Part shown: positions 26,035 to 35,380 of the stretch, piece by piece | Layout: every line of letters begins with the position of its first letter | How positions within the stretch are numbered: position 1 is the stretch's first letter | Notes under the pieces: model-generated | Databases searched by the model: none | Told to the model about the DNA's origin: nothing | What the model saw: the letters and a program-made list of their open reading frames with translations, nothing else | Program-made: the position numbers and the translations under genes | Assembly: GCA_036338595.1 (NCBI GenBank) | Contig: JAYZBV010000038.1 | Coordinates: 1-38,005, forward strand | Length of the DNA stretch: 38,005 nucleotides | From: Planctomycetota bacterium | GTDB lineage: Bacteria > Planctomycetota > UBA8108 > UBA1146 | Direction: 5' to 3'

Positions 26035-26823
26035 GTGGATAGACCGACCATCATCGCGGGGAACTGGAAACACAATCCGGATCGAATTCGAGGGGAATCT
26101 CTCTGGCAGAAGATCTCCGAGGGTACGATATCGAAGATTCCCACTGGTGGTGGTGAGTCTGCGGTCCGGGTAGTGGTGTTCGTGCCATCTCCCTGGCTCG
26201 GTTGGCTGGCAGCAGCGACCAGCAGTGCCACTCCTTCACCGATCGAGGTCGGTGTTCAGGAGATCTCCGATCGCCCTCTCGGTGCCTTCACCGGGGAGGT
26301 CGGTGCACAGCTTGCGAAGGAGTTCGGAGCAGGGTGGGCACTGGTCGGCCACTCCGAGCGAAGGTCGATCTTTGCAGAGACCGATCAGCAAGCGGCGAGC
26401 AGAGTCGCGGCGGCAGCCGCAGCGGGGCTTCGACCGATGTTGTGCATCGGTGAAACGCTGCAGCAAAGAGAAGATGGACACACTTTCGAGGTGGTTTCGA
26501 GCCAACTCGAGAAGGGGCTCTCGCTTCTCGAAGATGGAAACGAATTCGCACTGGCCTACGAGCCAGTGTGGGCGATAGGAACCGGGCGTACTGCGACGGT
26601 GGATCAGGTCGAAGAGGTGCATGAGTACCTTCGAGACCAGTTGCGCCAGCGCAATGAATCCTCGGCGGATCAGGTTCCGATCCTCTACGGAGGAAGTGTC
26701 AAGCCGGACAACGCGGAGGCGTTGCTGGGAATCGATGGAGTAGATGGCGCCCTTGTGGGTGGAGCAAGTCTCGAGGCCGAGAGTTTCCTCGGGATACTGG
26801 ACGCGGGAATAGCGACGGCGTGA
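26035..26823 (+). CDS. tpiA: Triosephosphate isomerase
   Basis: AGNWK, GAFTGE, GHSERR, AYEPVWAIGTG, YGGSV, GALVGGASL. GTG at 26035 follows GGAG. Confidence 0.97.
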   Translation: MDRPTIIAGNWKHNPDRIRGESLWQKISEGTISKIPTGGGESAVRVVVFVPSPWLGWLAAATSSATPSPIEVGVQEISDRPLGAFTGEVGAQLAKEFGAGWALVGHSERRSIFAETDQQAASRVAAAAAAGLRPMLCIGETLQQREDGHTFEVVSSQLEKGLSLLEDGNEFALAYEPVWAIGTGRTATVDQVEEVHEYLRDQLRQRNESSADQVPILYGGSVKPDNAEALLGIDGVDGALVGGASLEAESFLGILDAGIATA

Positions 26824-26874
26824 GTTTGGACAGCGCCAATTAGCTGATTTCCGCCCTGCAGATGAGGTACAGAG

Positions 26875-27468
26875 ATGCTAGTTACCATAATGATGATATT
26901 GCTGGGCATGGTCACCCTGTTGCTGGGCTTCGTGATCCTGATCCAGGAGCCGAAACAGGCAGGACTCTCCGGAGCCTTCGGGCTCGGGGGTACCGACCAG
27001 ATGATGGGAACAAAGTCGAGCAGTGGTATCGGCCGTTTCACCGCCTATCTGTCGGTGGTCTTCCTGTTGCTGTGTATCTCTGTCGGGGTCATGGCGCGTG
27101 GTGAGAAGGACTCCAGTCGACTCAAGGATGCCCCACCCGAGCCAGGATTCGGCGCAGTGGATATCGGGACCGATGGAACGGGTGTCGGGCTCGGAGATGC
27201 CCTCGGAGATGAATCGCCCATCATCATCAATACGGTTCCGAGCGTGGGCGATGGCGATGCGGATGCCGTTGTCCCGGATGAAACGGATGGCGAAACTGCA
27301 GGAGATGCTCCGACAACGGATACTCCCGCGACCGATCCTCCAGTGGTTGAGCCGACACCGGATGATACTCCGGTGGTCACACCGACCGATGCTCCGGCCG
27401 AGACTCCTGTAGAGGAACCTGCCGTCGCACCAGCAGAGACTGGATCTGGCGGGGGTAGCGGCAATTGA
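26875..27468 (+). CDS. secG: Preprotein translocase subunit SecG with long acidic Pro/Thr-rich C-terminal extension
   Basis: TM-ILIQEPK.AGLSGAFG.GG-TM architecture, directly downstream of tpiA. Confidence 0.88.
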   Translation: MLVTIMMILLGMVTLLLGFVILIQEPKQAGLSGAFGLGGTDQMMGTKSSSGIGRFTAYLSVVFLLLCISVGVMARGEKDSSRLKDAPPEPGFGAVDIGTDGTGVGLGDALGDESPIIINTVPSVGDGDADAVVPDETDGETAGDAPTTDTPATDPPVVEPTPDDTPVVTPTDAPAETPVEEPAVAPAETGSGGGSGN

Positions 27469-28349
27469 AAGCAGCTCTTCGAAGCATGACGGGTTTCGGA
27501 TCTGGATCCCGTGAGGCGACGGGGTTGCGGGTGAAGGCAGAGGTGAGGTCGGTCAATCACCGGCACCTCAAGATCTCCAGCCACCTGCCAGAGACCTACA
27601 TCGGTCTGCAGGTCGAGATCGATTCGATGCTGAGAGAAAAGCTGGAACGCGGTTCCATCTCGCTGTCTCTGGTGATCGAAGAGAGCCAGGAAGCGGTCGA
27701 GTTATCCGAGGTGGAATCGGTCAGGAAGACATACGAAAAACTGTGCGCATTGAGAGATGAAATCGCTCCAGGTCAGGAAGTGACCCTGTCAGAAGCGATC
27801 CAGTTGCGATCGGAGCAACGGGGCATCGTCAGTGATCCTGACCAGGAAACGACGCAGCTCGTGCTCGATACGATCGGGGATTCGCTGGCGAATCTTCGTC
27901 AGATGCAGGCAAATGAAGGTGAGCATCTGCTCAAGGAATTCCATCGCATCCTGGGCCGGATCGACTCCGGTCTTGACGAGGTCGAATCCGTGCTGCCTGA
28001 AGCGATGGAGTGGCTCCAGGAGCGGTTCCGGGCGCGCGTGCGACAACTGGTGGCCCCCGGGGGCGTGGAACTGGAGCCGAAGGATCTCGCCAGGGAGATC
28101 GGCGTCCAGGTCGAGAGATCGGATATCACCGAGGAACTGACCCGCATGCGGGGTCACCTCGCGGAGTACAGAAAAATAGTCTCCGAAGGAGGGCGAGTCG
28201 GGCGTCGACTCGACTTTCTGACCCAGGAGATGTTTCGCGAGGCCAATACGATGACCTCGAAGGTGGCTCGTTACGATCTCGCCCACAAGGTGGTCGACAT
28301 CAAGGTCGAGGTAGATCGTCTGAGAGAACAGACGCAGAACATCGAATGA
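27465..28349 (+). CDS. yicC: YicC/YloC family endoribonuclease
   Basis: RSMTGFG, EVRSVNHR, DITEELTRM..H, GRRLDFLTQEMFREANT..SK, REQTQNIE. Confidence 0.95.
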   Translation: MKAALRSMTGFGSGSREATGLRVKAEVRSVNHRHLKISSHLPETYIGLQVEIDSMLREKLERGSISLSLVIEESQEAVELSEVESVRKTYEKLCALRDEIAPGQEVTLSEAIQLRSEQRGIVSDPDQETTQLVLDTIGDSLANLRQMQANEGEHLLKEFHRILGRIDSGLDEVESVLPEAMEWLQERFRARVRQLVAPGGVELEPKDLAREIGVQVERSDITEELTRMRGHLAEYRKIVSEGGRVGRRLDFLTQEMFREANTMTSKVARYDLAHKVVDIKVEVDRLREQTQNIE

Positions 28350-28385
28350 AGAGAACCGACAACCCTTGTCGGGGTTGAGAGAGGG

Positions 28386-28994
28386 GTGACGGTGACCGCT
28401 CGCGGGATCCTGGTCGTGCTTTCAGGACCTTCCGGAGTCGGCAAGACCGCCGTCAGCGAGAGGCTCGTGCAGGCGGATGGAATCGTCCGCGCCATCACGA
28501 GCACAACGAGAACTCCCCGTGACGGGGAAACCGATGGAGTGGATTACCACTTCCTGGATCGTGCCGACTTCGAGCGGCAAGTGAAGGAAGACGGATTTCT
28601 GGAGCACGCAGAGGTGCACGGAAATCTATACGGAAGCCCGCGCGATGGGATCGAGCGACAGCTGATCTCTGCCAGGGCGGTACTGCTGCTGATCGATGTT
28701 CAGGGTGCGCAGTTGCTGCGCCAGGGACAGGTCGATGCACTGGAGATCTTCATCGAGCCTCCGGGCGAGGAAGAACTGAAGCGTCGGATCGTCAGCCGCG
28801 GCGAAGAAGATGAAGATTCGATCGATCTCCGGCTCAGGAATGCCCTGGCCGAGATCGCAGAGAAGGACAAATACGACCACTGCGTGGTCAATGACGACCT
28901 CGAACAGGCTGTCGAGCAGATTCGCTCGATCATCGAGGGCGATTGGCAAAGCAGGGGTGGAATCAGAGATGAAACCGAGGAGACGTCGCCCTGA
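28386..28994 (+). CDS. gmk: Guanylate kinase
   Basis: SGPSGVGK P-loop, TTRTPRDGETDGVDYHF, EHAEVHGNLYG, IDVQGA. Confidence 0.96.
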   Translation: MTVTARGILVVLSGPSGVGKTAVSERLVQADGIVRAITSTTRTPRDGETDGVDYHFLDRADFERQVKEDGFLEHAEVHGNLYGSPRDGIERQLISARAVLLLIDVQGAQLLRQGQVDALEIFIEPPGEEELKRRIVSRGEEDEDSIDLRLRNALAEIAEKDKYDHCVVNDDLEQAVEQIRSIIEGDWQSRGGIRDETEETSP

Positions 28995-29022
28995 GAGGTG
29001 TCGGCTCCGGAATGGAGGAACC

Positions 29023-29367
29023 GTGCTCGATGTAGATATCGAGGACCAGCTCGTCGAAAAGGCGGGCGGAAAGTTACAACTGACCTCGCTGATGCAAAAG
29101 CGTCTGGTGGAACTCAAGCGAGGCGCAAGACCCCTGGTCGTGACCGATTCGGTCGATCTCCTGGAGATCGTTGTACAGGAGATTCTCCAGGGCAAGGTCG
29201 AACTGGGTGAACTGGAAGCCACCGAGGCGAACTTCCTCGAAGATGCTCGGAAACTCAAAGATGGTGATTCCGATGACGAGAAGGGTGTCTACGGCTCCGA
29301 CCTCAAGAAGGTCAAGGAAGAACGGATCAAGGAACTGTCCGAGTTCCTCAACCCGACCAAGGAGTGA
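29023..29367 (+). CDS. rpoZ: RNA polymerase omega subunit
   Basis: Follows gmk; GGKLQLTSLMQKRLVELKRGARPLV...IVVQEILQGKV. GTG at 29023 follows GGAGG, in frame with the 28810 ORF. Confidence 0.85.
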   Translation: MLDVDIEDQLVEKAGGKLQLTSLMQKRLVELKRGARPLVVTDSVDLLEIVVQEILQGKVELGELEATEANFLEDARKLKDGDSDDEKGVYGSDLKKVKEERIKELSEFLNPTKE

Positions 29368-29447
29368 TGGAATCGATGCGGAGCACGGCATGCGTGCTCC
29401 GCGTCGAAACCGTCGCCTGAGATGCGCTTCCTGAAGAGGGATGGATC

Positions 29448-30011
29448 ATGAGCTGGGAATCCCGCAACATCATCCTCGGAGTCACCGGAGGAGTCGCTGC
29501 CTACAAGGCGGTCGAGCTCGCTTCTCGATGGACCCAGCGTGGTGCGACGGTGCGTGTTCGAATGACTCCGTCTGCCTGTCGGTTCATCCAACCTCTTACC
29601 TTTGAAGCCGTGACCCGATGCGAAGTGGTGTCAGAGATCTGGCATCCCATCGGCACCGGCGACCGACCCGAGCACATCGGTGCCGGCGATGATGCGGCGG
29701 TACTGGTGATTGCTCCCGCCAGCGCAGATCACCTGGCACGGCTTGCGAATGGATTTGGTGACGATGTGGTGTGTCTGACAGCGCTCGCCTGGGATGGACC
29801 CACGGTGGTGTGCCCGGCGATGAATGATCGGATGTGGAACCACCCGGCTGTCCAGGCCAACCTTGCCACGCTACAGGAGCGTGGAGTGGTCGTGGTAGCC
29901 CCTGCCGAGGGCCATCTGGCCTGTGGTTCGGTAGGTCCTGGTCGTCTCGCTGATCTCGATGAAATCGATGAGGTGGTTTCAGGTTTCGTGCTGCCGAAAG
30001 AACTGTCTTGA
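29448..30011 (+). CDS. coaC: Phosphopantothenoylcysteine decarboxylase (flavoprotein half of CoaBC)
   Basis: ILGVTGGVAAYK, EHI, APASA, PAMNDRMW, LACGSVGPGRL. Confidence 0.92.
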   Translation: MSWESRNIILGVTGGVAAYKAVELASRWTQRGATVRVRMTPSACRFIQPLTFEAVTRCEVVSEIWHPIGTGDRPEHIGAGDDAAVLVIAPASADHLARLANGFGDDVVCLTALAWDGPTVVCPAMNDRMWNHPAVQANLATLQERGVVVVAPAEGHLACGSVGPGRLADLDEIDEVVSGFVLPKELS

Positions 30012-30673
30012 ATCCCCCGGTCCTGTTGGTCACTGCAGGACCGACACGCGAGCCGATCGACGATGTCCGATATCTCAGCAACGGTGCCAGCGGAACCCTC
30101 GGCATCGAAACGGCTCTTGCTGCCAGAGATGCCGGCTGGCAGGTTCACCTGGCACTGGGACCGGTGGCCAGCCACCCTCCCCTCGAGGGGATTCATCTGC
30201 ATCCATTCACCACTGCCCGAGATCTGGAAGAAATTGCGGTCGAACTGTGGTCAGAGGTCGACTCCCTGGTCGCGACCGCTGCTGTTTGCGATTACCGCCC
30301 CGCCGAAAAAATCGACGGAAAACGCAAGAAGTCCGCTGGAGACTGGAACCTGCGACTGGTGCGAAACCCCGATGTACTGGCGGGCAGAGGAGCCGAAAAG
30401 GGCGATCGGGTGCTGGTCGGTTTTGCCCTGGAAGCGACCCTGGATGTGGAAGAAGCACTGCGAAAGGCCGTGAACAAACGGCTGGATCTGGTACTTTGCA
30501 ACACACCGGGGAACCTGGGCGCAGCCATGGGGGACTACGTCTGGATTGAACCCGGGGGGCACACTGATTCGATGCCAGCGATCTCGAAGCGAGAACTGGC
30601 GCAGAAGTTGGTGGAGTTCATCGGCACAAAGGTCGCTTCTCGCCGCAGGGACCGTGCCTTCAACGGGGAATGA
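30008..30673 (+). CDS. coaB: Phosphopantothenate-cysteine ligase (DFP half of CoaBC)
   Basis: LVTAGPTREPIDDVRYLSNGASG, AAVCDYRP, NPDVL, VGFALE, SKRELA. TTG start overlaps the coaC TGA. Confidence 0.9.
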   Translation: MNPPVLLVTAGPTREPIDDVRYLSNGASGTLGIETALAARDAGWQVHLALGPVASHPPLEGIHLHPFTTARDLEEIAVELWSEVDSLVATAAVCDYRPAEKIDGKRKKSAGDWNLRLVRNPDVLAGRGAEKGDRVLVGFALEATLDVEEALRKAVNKRLDLVLCNTPGNLGAAMGDYVWIEPGGHTDSMPAISKRELAQKLVEFIGTKVASRRRDRAFNGE

Positions 30674-33174
30674 TGACATCAAATCGCAGTAAGCGAAGAC
30701 GCCGTGACAGCACTCGCAAGGAGCCGCGACGTCTCGGTCAGGAAGCTCTCGCGCTCGCCTTGCTGGCGCTGAGTGCCTTCTTCTTCATCGCACTCTACAG
30801 CGAGTACCTCGTTGCTCAGGGTCGCAGTGCATCGAACGCCTGTGGTTCCTTCGGGCACTTCATCGCCATGACCCACTTTAACATTTTCGGCCCACTTGCG
30901 GGCTTCCTGCTCGCGGCGATGTTTGCCGTGTGGGCCGGAATGCTGCTGTTTCAGGTGCGGATCCAGTCGTGGTGGCCACGGCTCGGCGGGCTGGCACTCT
31001 TCTGCCTCGCCGTCTGCTTGCTCGAGTTTCGGTTCACGGATCAGTCGATGCTGGGATCGGCCTACGAATACAAGGGCGGACTCCTCGGCATGTACATCGG
31101 CCAGGCGACCTTCGACTTCTTTGGGCTCACCGGCACCACCATCTTCGCGTTCCTTGCTGTGGCGCTTGGATTGATGTTCACGACCGGGATGCCGGTGGCC
31201 AACCTGCTTCGAGTGGGCTTGGCGACGATCGGAAATGCGGCCAGCGGAGTTTCCAGAAAGACACCGGGTGTTGCACGGCGCGTTGCCGGCAGCGTCTCTC
31301 AGGCTGCCAGCGATACCATCGCCAAGGTGTCTCGTTCAACGAGCAAGGCGGATGCTGCTGAAGTCAGCGATGAGGAAAAAAATCTGCTGCTGGGCGACGA
31401 GGAAGAAGAGGAATACGAGTACGAGGACGAGGAAGAGGAAGAAGGTCTCGAGGAGTACGACGAGGACGAGGAAGAAGAAGAGGACGAGGAAGAAGAAGAG
31501 GAAGAGGACGAGGAAGAAGAGGAAGAGGAAGAGGAATACGAGGAGGACGAGGATGAAGAGGAGGAGGATCTTGACGAGTACGCAGAGGACGAGGAGCAGG
31601 CTGTAGCACCCCCTCGAACCATTCGCCTCGGTCCCGAGCAAGATGAAGAGGCGATCGTCACCTTCGAGGAGGAGCAACTCACCTTCGATGGTGTCTATTC
31701 ACCTCCTTCCATCTCCTTCCTTTCGGAGCCTCCCACTGTCGATCATGAGGAGGGCAAGGAAGAACTCGATCAGGTCGCCACTCGCATCGAGGAGACGTTG
31801 CGCTCCTTCAAGATCGAGTCCGCTGTCACCAATGTTCAGCGTGGACCCGTCATCACCCAGTACGAGCTGAGTCTCGCTGCTGGAACCAAGGTTCAAAAAA
31901 TCGTCGCTCTCTCCGATGACCTGGCGATGGCGCTCTCTGCACAGAGCGTCCGGGTCGTGGCACCGATTCCGGGCAAGCCGACCGTTGGCATCGAGGTCCC
32001 CAACAAGCAGCGAGAGACGGTGGTTCTTCGCGAGCTGCTGCAAAGCCGTGTCTACCACGATTCAGATATGAAGATTCCGCTACTTCTCGGCAAGGATGCT
32101 GCAGGAGAACCGATCGTCGAGGATCTCACCGGGATGCCGCACCTGCTCATCGCGGGATCCACCGGATCGGGAAAATCGGTCTGCATCAATGCGATCATCA
32201 CATCGATTCTGATGACTCGTACCCCCGATGAACTGAAGTTGATCCTGGTCGATCCGAAGATGGTCGAACTCTCGATGTTCGAGGACATCCCTCACCTGCT
32301 GACACCGGTGATCACCGACATGAAGAAGGCACCGGCGGCACTGGAGTGGCTGGTTCGAAAGATGGACCAGCGCTACGAGTTGCTATCCAAGGCGGGGGTC
32401 AAGAACCTCAAGGACTACAACGATCTGGAAGAAGAGGATCGCTACAACCGCATCGCAGAAAAAACCAGTCACGAAGAGGCGGAGCAGACTCCCAAGCAGT
32501 TGCCCTATCTCACCATCATCATCGACGAACTCGCCGACCTGATGATGACGAGCGCCAAGGAGGTGGAAACGACCATCATCCGCCTCGCTCAGAAATCGAG
32601 AGCGGTGGGGATCCATGTGATCCTCGCCACCCAGAGGCCATCGGTCGATGTCGTCACGGGCTTGATCAAGTCCAACATGCCCGCGCGGATCTGTTTCAAG
32701 GTGGCCAGTCGCATCGATTCCCGGACGATCCTCGATCGGATGGGCGGCGAACGGCTGCTCGGCATGGGGGATATGCTCTACCTCGCGCCCGATACAGATA
32801 TTCTCAAGCGAGCCCAGTGCACCTACATCTCCGACAAGGAGTTGCGAAAGGTGGTCAAGCACCTGCGCAAGGAAGCGAAGCCGCAATTCTCTCAGGAGAT
32901 GGATTCGTTCCTCGACGGCCGACAGGATGGAGCCGGTGGTGCCGCCGGGATCCCCGAGGATGCTCTCTACGAGGAAGCGGTGAGGGTGGTGCTGGAAACG
33001 GGCCGCGGTTCGACCACACTGCTGCAGCGCAGACTCGGCGTCGGCTATACCCGTGCGTCGAGACTGATGGATGCGATGACGGACCAGGCGATTCTCGGCC
33101 CCTTCCGCGGTGCCAAGCCGCGCGAAATCTTGCTCACGATGGAAGAGTGGGAAGAGAGCCAGTCGCAGACATGA
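30670..33174 (+). CDS. ftsK: DNA translocase FtsK/SpoIIIE
   Basis: N-terminal multi-TM region, MPHLLIAGSTGSGKS Walker A, IIDELADLM Walker B, ATQRPSVDV, gamma domain LQRRLGVGYTRASRL. Confidence 0.97.
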   Translation: MMTSNRSKRRRRDSTRKEPRRLGQEALALALLALSAFFFIALYSEYLVAQGRSASNACGSFGHFIAMTHFNIFGPLAGFLLAAMFAVWAGMLLFQVRIQSWWPRLGGLALFCLAVCLLEFRFTDQSMLGSAYEYKGGLLGMYIGQATFDFFGLTGTTIFAFLAVALGLMFTTGMPVANLLRVGLATIGNAASGVSRKTPGVARRVAGSVSQAASDTIAKVSRSTSKADAAEVSDEEKNLLLGDEEEEEYEYEDEEEEEGLEEYDEDEEEEEDEEEEEEEDEEEEEEEEEYEEDEDEEEEDLDEYAEDEEQAVAPPRTIRLGPEQDEEAIVTFEEEQLTFDGVYSPPSISFLSEPPTVDHEEGKEELDQVATRIEETLRSFKIESAVTNVQRGPVITQYELSLAAGTKVQKIVALSDDLAMALSAQSVRVVAPIPGKPTVGIEVPNKQRETVVLRELLQSRVYHDSDMKIPLLLGKDAAGEPIVEDLTGMPHLLIAGSTGSGKSVCINAIITSILMTRTPDELKLILVDPKMVELSMFEDIPHLLTPVITDMKKAPAALEWLVRKMDQRYELLSKAGVKNLKDYNDLEEEDRYNRIAEKTSHEEAEQTPKQLPYLTIIIDELADLMMTSAKEVETTIIRLAQKSRAVGIHVILATQRPSVDVVTGLIKSNMPARICFKVASRIDSRTILDRMGGERLLGMGDMLYLAPDTDILKRAQCTYISDKELRKVVKHLRKEAKPQFSQEMDSFLDGRQDGAGGAAGIPEDALYEEAVRVVLETGRGSTTLLQRRLGVGYTRASRLMDAMTDQAILGPFRGAKPREILLTMEEWEESQSQT
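31396..31596 (+). repeat. Low-complexity GAR/GAC tract encoding ~67 mostly acidic residues in the FtsK linker
   Basis: Runs of GAGGAAGAAGAG / GAGGACGAG / GAATACGAG. Confidence 0.85.
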
Positions 33175-33405
33175 CCAGGCCGTAGCCCCGTCAGTTTCGG
33201 TTCACTACGGGTCGATGGCATGGCGATCATCGATGGTCAGAGTTGTGCCAGATCTGGCAAACAGCGAACGGCTGTGCATTCCGCTCTGACGATTCCCTAC
33301 ATGTACCTGTGCCCGTAGCCAGTTGTCATCCGAGGTACCTATTCTGGGTTGGGCATGATAAAGGACTTGAACCATGAATCGTGCGACAATGGAGCGGGAG
33401 GCCTC

Positions 33406-34830
33406 ATGAGCATTCGATACAAACTTCTCGCCCTGCTGACGGCGGCACTTTTCCCCGCCACTGGCCATTCCCAGCAAACTCCCATCGACTTCGCCCCTCC
33501 CGTGTCGGTGGTGATGGCGGACAAGGTCAATGCCGTAAAAATGGCGGACGTCGATGCCGATGGCCACCTCGACATCATCGCCTTGCAGGGGGAGCCGTCA
33601 CTCTCTTCCGGGATGTTCGTCGCTCTCGGCGATGGCAGCGGTAATTTCGATGCCCCCATCTTCAACCCGATCTCCATCAGCTGGCCCTGGGCGGTCGATG
33701 TCGGCGACATCAACGAGGATGGAGTCATCGATGCGGTCGTTACCGATTTCCTGAGCGGCCAGTTTGCCTACCTGGAAGGAAACAGCGACGGAACCTTCAG
33801 CGAACAGCCGAGGTTGGTGCCCGGCTGGGGAGGCGGAAATCCGCAGGTACAGGTCGTCGATATCGATGACGATGGACACCTCGACGTGATCGCCGTCGAT
33901 TTGTTCGGTTCGCGGTTACAGGTGGCATGGGGCACAGGAATTGATGATCCGCTGGCCGCGTTCGACGGTCTGACGTCGGTCCCGCTGACGGGATTTCCAC
34001 TCAGCTTCGATATCGCCGATCTCGATGGCGATGGCGACCTCGACCTGTGCTGCGGTTTCAACGCCGGCAGCGGTGGTGGGGTGGCGACCAGCCTCTACCA
34101 GGGGAACAGGAACTTCTCCGCCGAGGAACGCGAGATCGGCGGGCTGACCGAGTCTCACTGGTCGACGAGGGCCATCGACCTCGATGGCGGACTGCCCGAG
34201 ATCGTGTCCGTCGAGGAGGGTCTGGGAAATCTTGGAATCTTCACGCTGAATGCAGGGATTCCCCAGGCCGGGATCCCGATCTTCACCGGATCGAATCAGC
34301 GCCATGTGGCCGGTGGGGATCTCGACCTCGATGGCATCACCGACCTGGTGATCAGAAACTACTCTTCCGGAGATCTTGTCATCCTGCAGGGAATCGGCGC
34401 CTTGAAATTCCTGGATGTGTGGACCCTCGACGGATCGGTTGCCTTCTCTGGCCTGGAACTGGTCGATGTGAACGGCGATGGAAGTCTCGACATCGTCGTC
34501 GGCAACTACGACCAATCGACCGTCTCCTACTACCTGAATCTGGCGGTCAGTGGAGCCTTCAGGCGCGGCGAACTCAACGGCGATGGCAACACCAACATCG
34601 CCGATGCCGTGTTCCTGCTCGCCTACCTCTTCAACAATGGGGTCACCCCGGGTTGTCTGGATGCCGCCGACACCAACGATGATGGGGCGGTCAACATCTC
34701 CGATGCGGTGACATTGCTGGCGGTTCTCTTCAGCGGGGCCCCGCCACTGCCGGAGCCGATCGGCTCGTGCGGTCAGGATCCGACCGATGATGCGCTCGAG
34801 TGCGAAGATTCAGGAGATTCCTGCCTGTGA
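33406..34830 (+). CDS. Secreted FG-GAP/VCBS-repeat beta-propeller protein with C-terminal dockerin-like domain
   Basis: Signal peptide MSIRYKLLALLTAALFPATGHS, about 7 D.DGDG.LD repeats, tail FRRGELNGDGNTNIADAV...DTNDDGAVNISDAV...CGQDPTDDALEC. Confidence 0.88.
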   Translation: MSIRYKLLALLTAALFPATGHSQQTPIDFAPPVSVVMADKVNAVKMADVDADGHLDIIALQGEPSLSSGMFVALGDGSGNFDAPIFNPISISWPWAVDVGDINEDGVIDAVVTDFLSGQFAYLEGNSDGTFSEQPRLVPGWGGGNPQVQVVDIDDDGHLDVIAVDLFGSRLQVAWGTGIDDPLAAFDGLTSVPLTGFPLSFDIADLDGDGDLDLCCGFNAGSGGGVATSLYQGNRNFSAEEREIGGLTESHWSTRAIDLDGGLPEIVSVEEGLGNLGIFTLNAGIPQAGIPIFTGSNQRHVAGGDLDLDGITDLVIRNYSSGDLVILQGIGALKFLDVWTLDGSVAFSGLELVDVNGDGSLDIVVGNYDQSTVSYYLNLAVSGAFRRGELNGDGNTNIADAVFLLAYLFNNGVTPGCLDAADTNDDGAVNISDAVTLLAVLFSGAPPLPEPIGSCGQDPTDDALECEDSGDSCL

Positions 34831-34953
34831 GGGCGATCGCCGTGGCGCTGCATCGCATCGACCTCATCGGCTTCCAACAGAACGGCGTCGTTGGGCCCGT
34901 ATTGGGCTCCAGACGCTACTAGCAGCCCCCACAGATCCTTTTTGAAATAATCA

Positions 34954-35021
34954 GTCCGGCCCCCCCGGTGAAGCGGATCACCCTGTAGCGGGCATGAGCC
35001 TGCTGGGCCGCCGGGACCCGC
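34954..35021 (+). promoter_or_regulatory. Conserved upstream motif copy 1 (GTCCGG-N14-CGGAT-N6-GTAGCGGGC-N4-GCCTGC-TGGG-N4-CGGG..CCCGC)
   Basis: Matches copy 2 at 35381-35447 with identical spacing of the first blocks; lies upstream of the 37-aa ORF. Confidence 0.7.
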
Positions 35022-35057
35022 CTCCGGTGTCTAGAGTGGACAGAAAGTTGGTGAAAC

Positions 35058-35171
35058 ATGACAGCAATAGTCAAACGCTTCGGAGTCTGGGGTCTGGTCT
35101 TCTTCACGGTGAAGGGTCTCTTGTGGCTGGTAGTGCCCGGCATGGCCGTTTATCTGGGAATTGGTGGCTAG
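35058..35171 (+). CDS. Small membrane protein, 37 aa (MTAIVKRFGVWGLVFFTVKGLLWLVVPGMAVYLGIGG)
   Basis: ATG 35058 to TAG 35169-71; hydrophobic with an FFxxKGLLWL motif; start context TGGTGAAACATGACAG is identical to that of the heme oxygenase. Below the ORF-track length cutoff. Confidence 0.75.
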   Translation: MTAIVKRFGVWGLVFFTVKGLLWLVVPGMAVYLGIGG

Positions 35172-35380
35172 CCGCTGCTCTGGAACTCGACCTTTCCCCC
35201 GGGAACAGGTCTCCACGCCCTCTGCTGCCGGATTTCACGGAAGTTGAGGGCGCTGGCAATTGAGGGTTGCAGATGCGCTGGCTCTGCTCGGAGCCAGAAG
35301 CTGTAAAACCTCGAATATCGCCACTAATCAGCGATTTAACCCAATTTCGACCCCATTCCTCGATCCACAGGACTTTTCCG

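Noticed and set aside
27468..27480. tRNA gene after secG, as found in many bacteria
   Set aside because: secG overlaps yicC directly (TTGA), leaving no room, and no cloverleaf is visible.
31235..31682. Poly-Ser, poly-Leu/Phe, Arg/Lys-rich and Pro/Leu-rich ORFs
   Set aside because: Alternate-frame and antisense readings of the FtsK GAR-rich tract.
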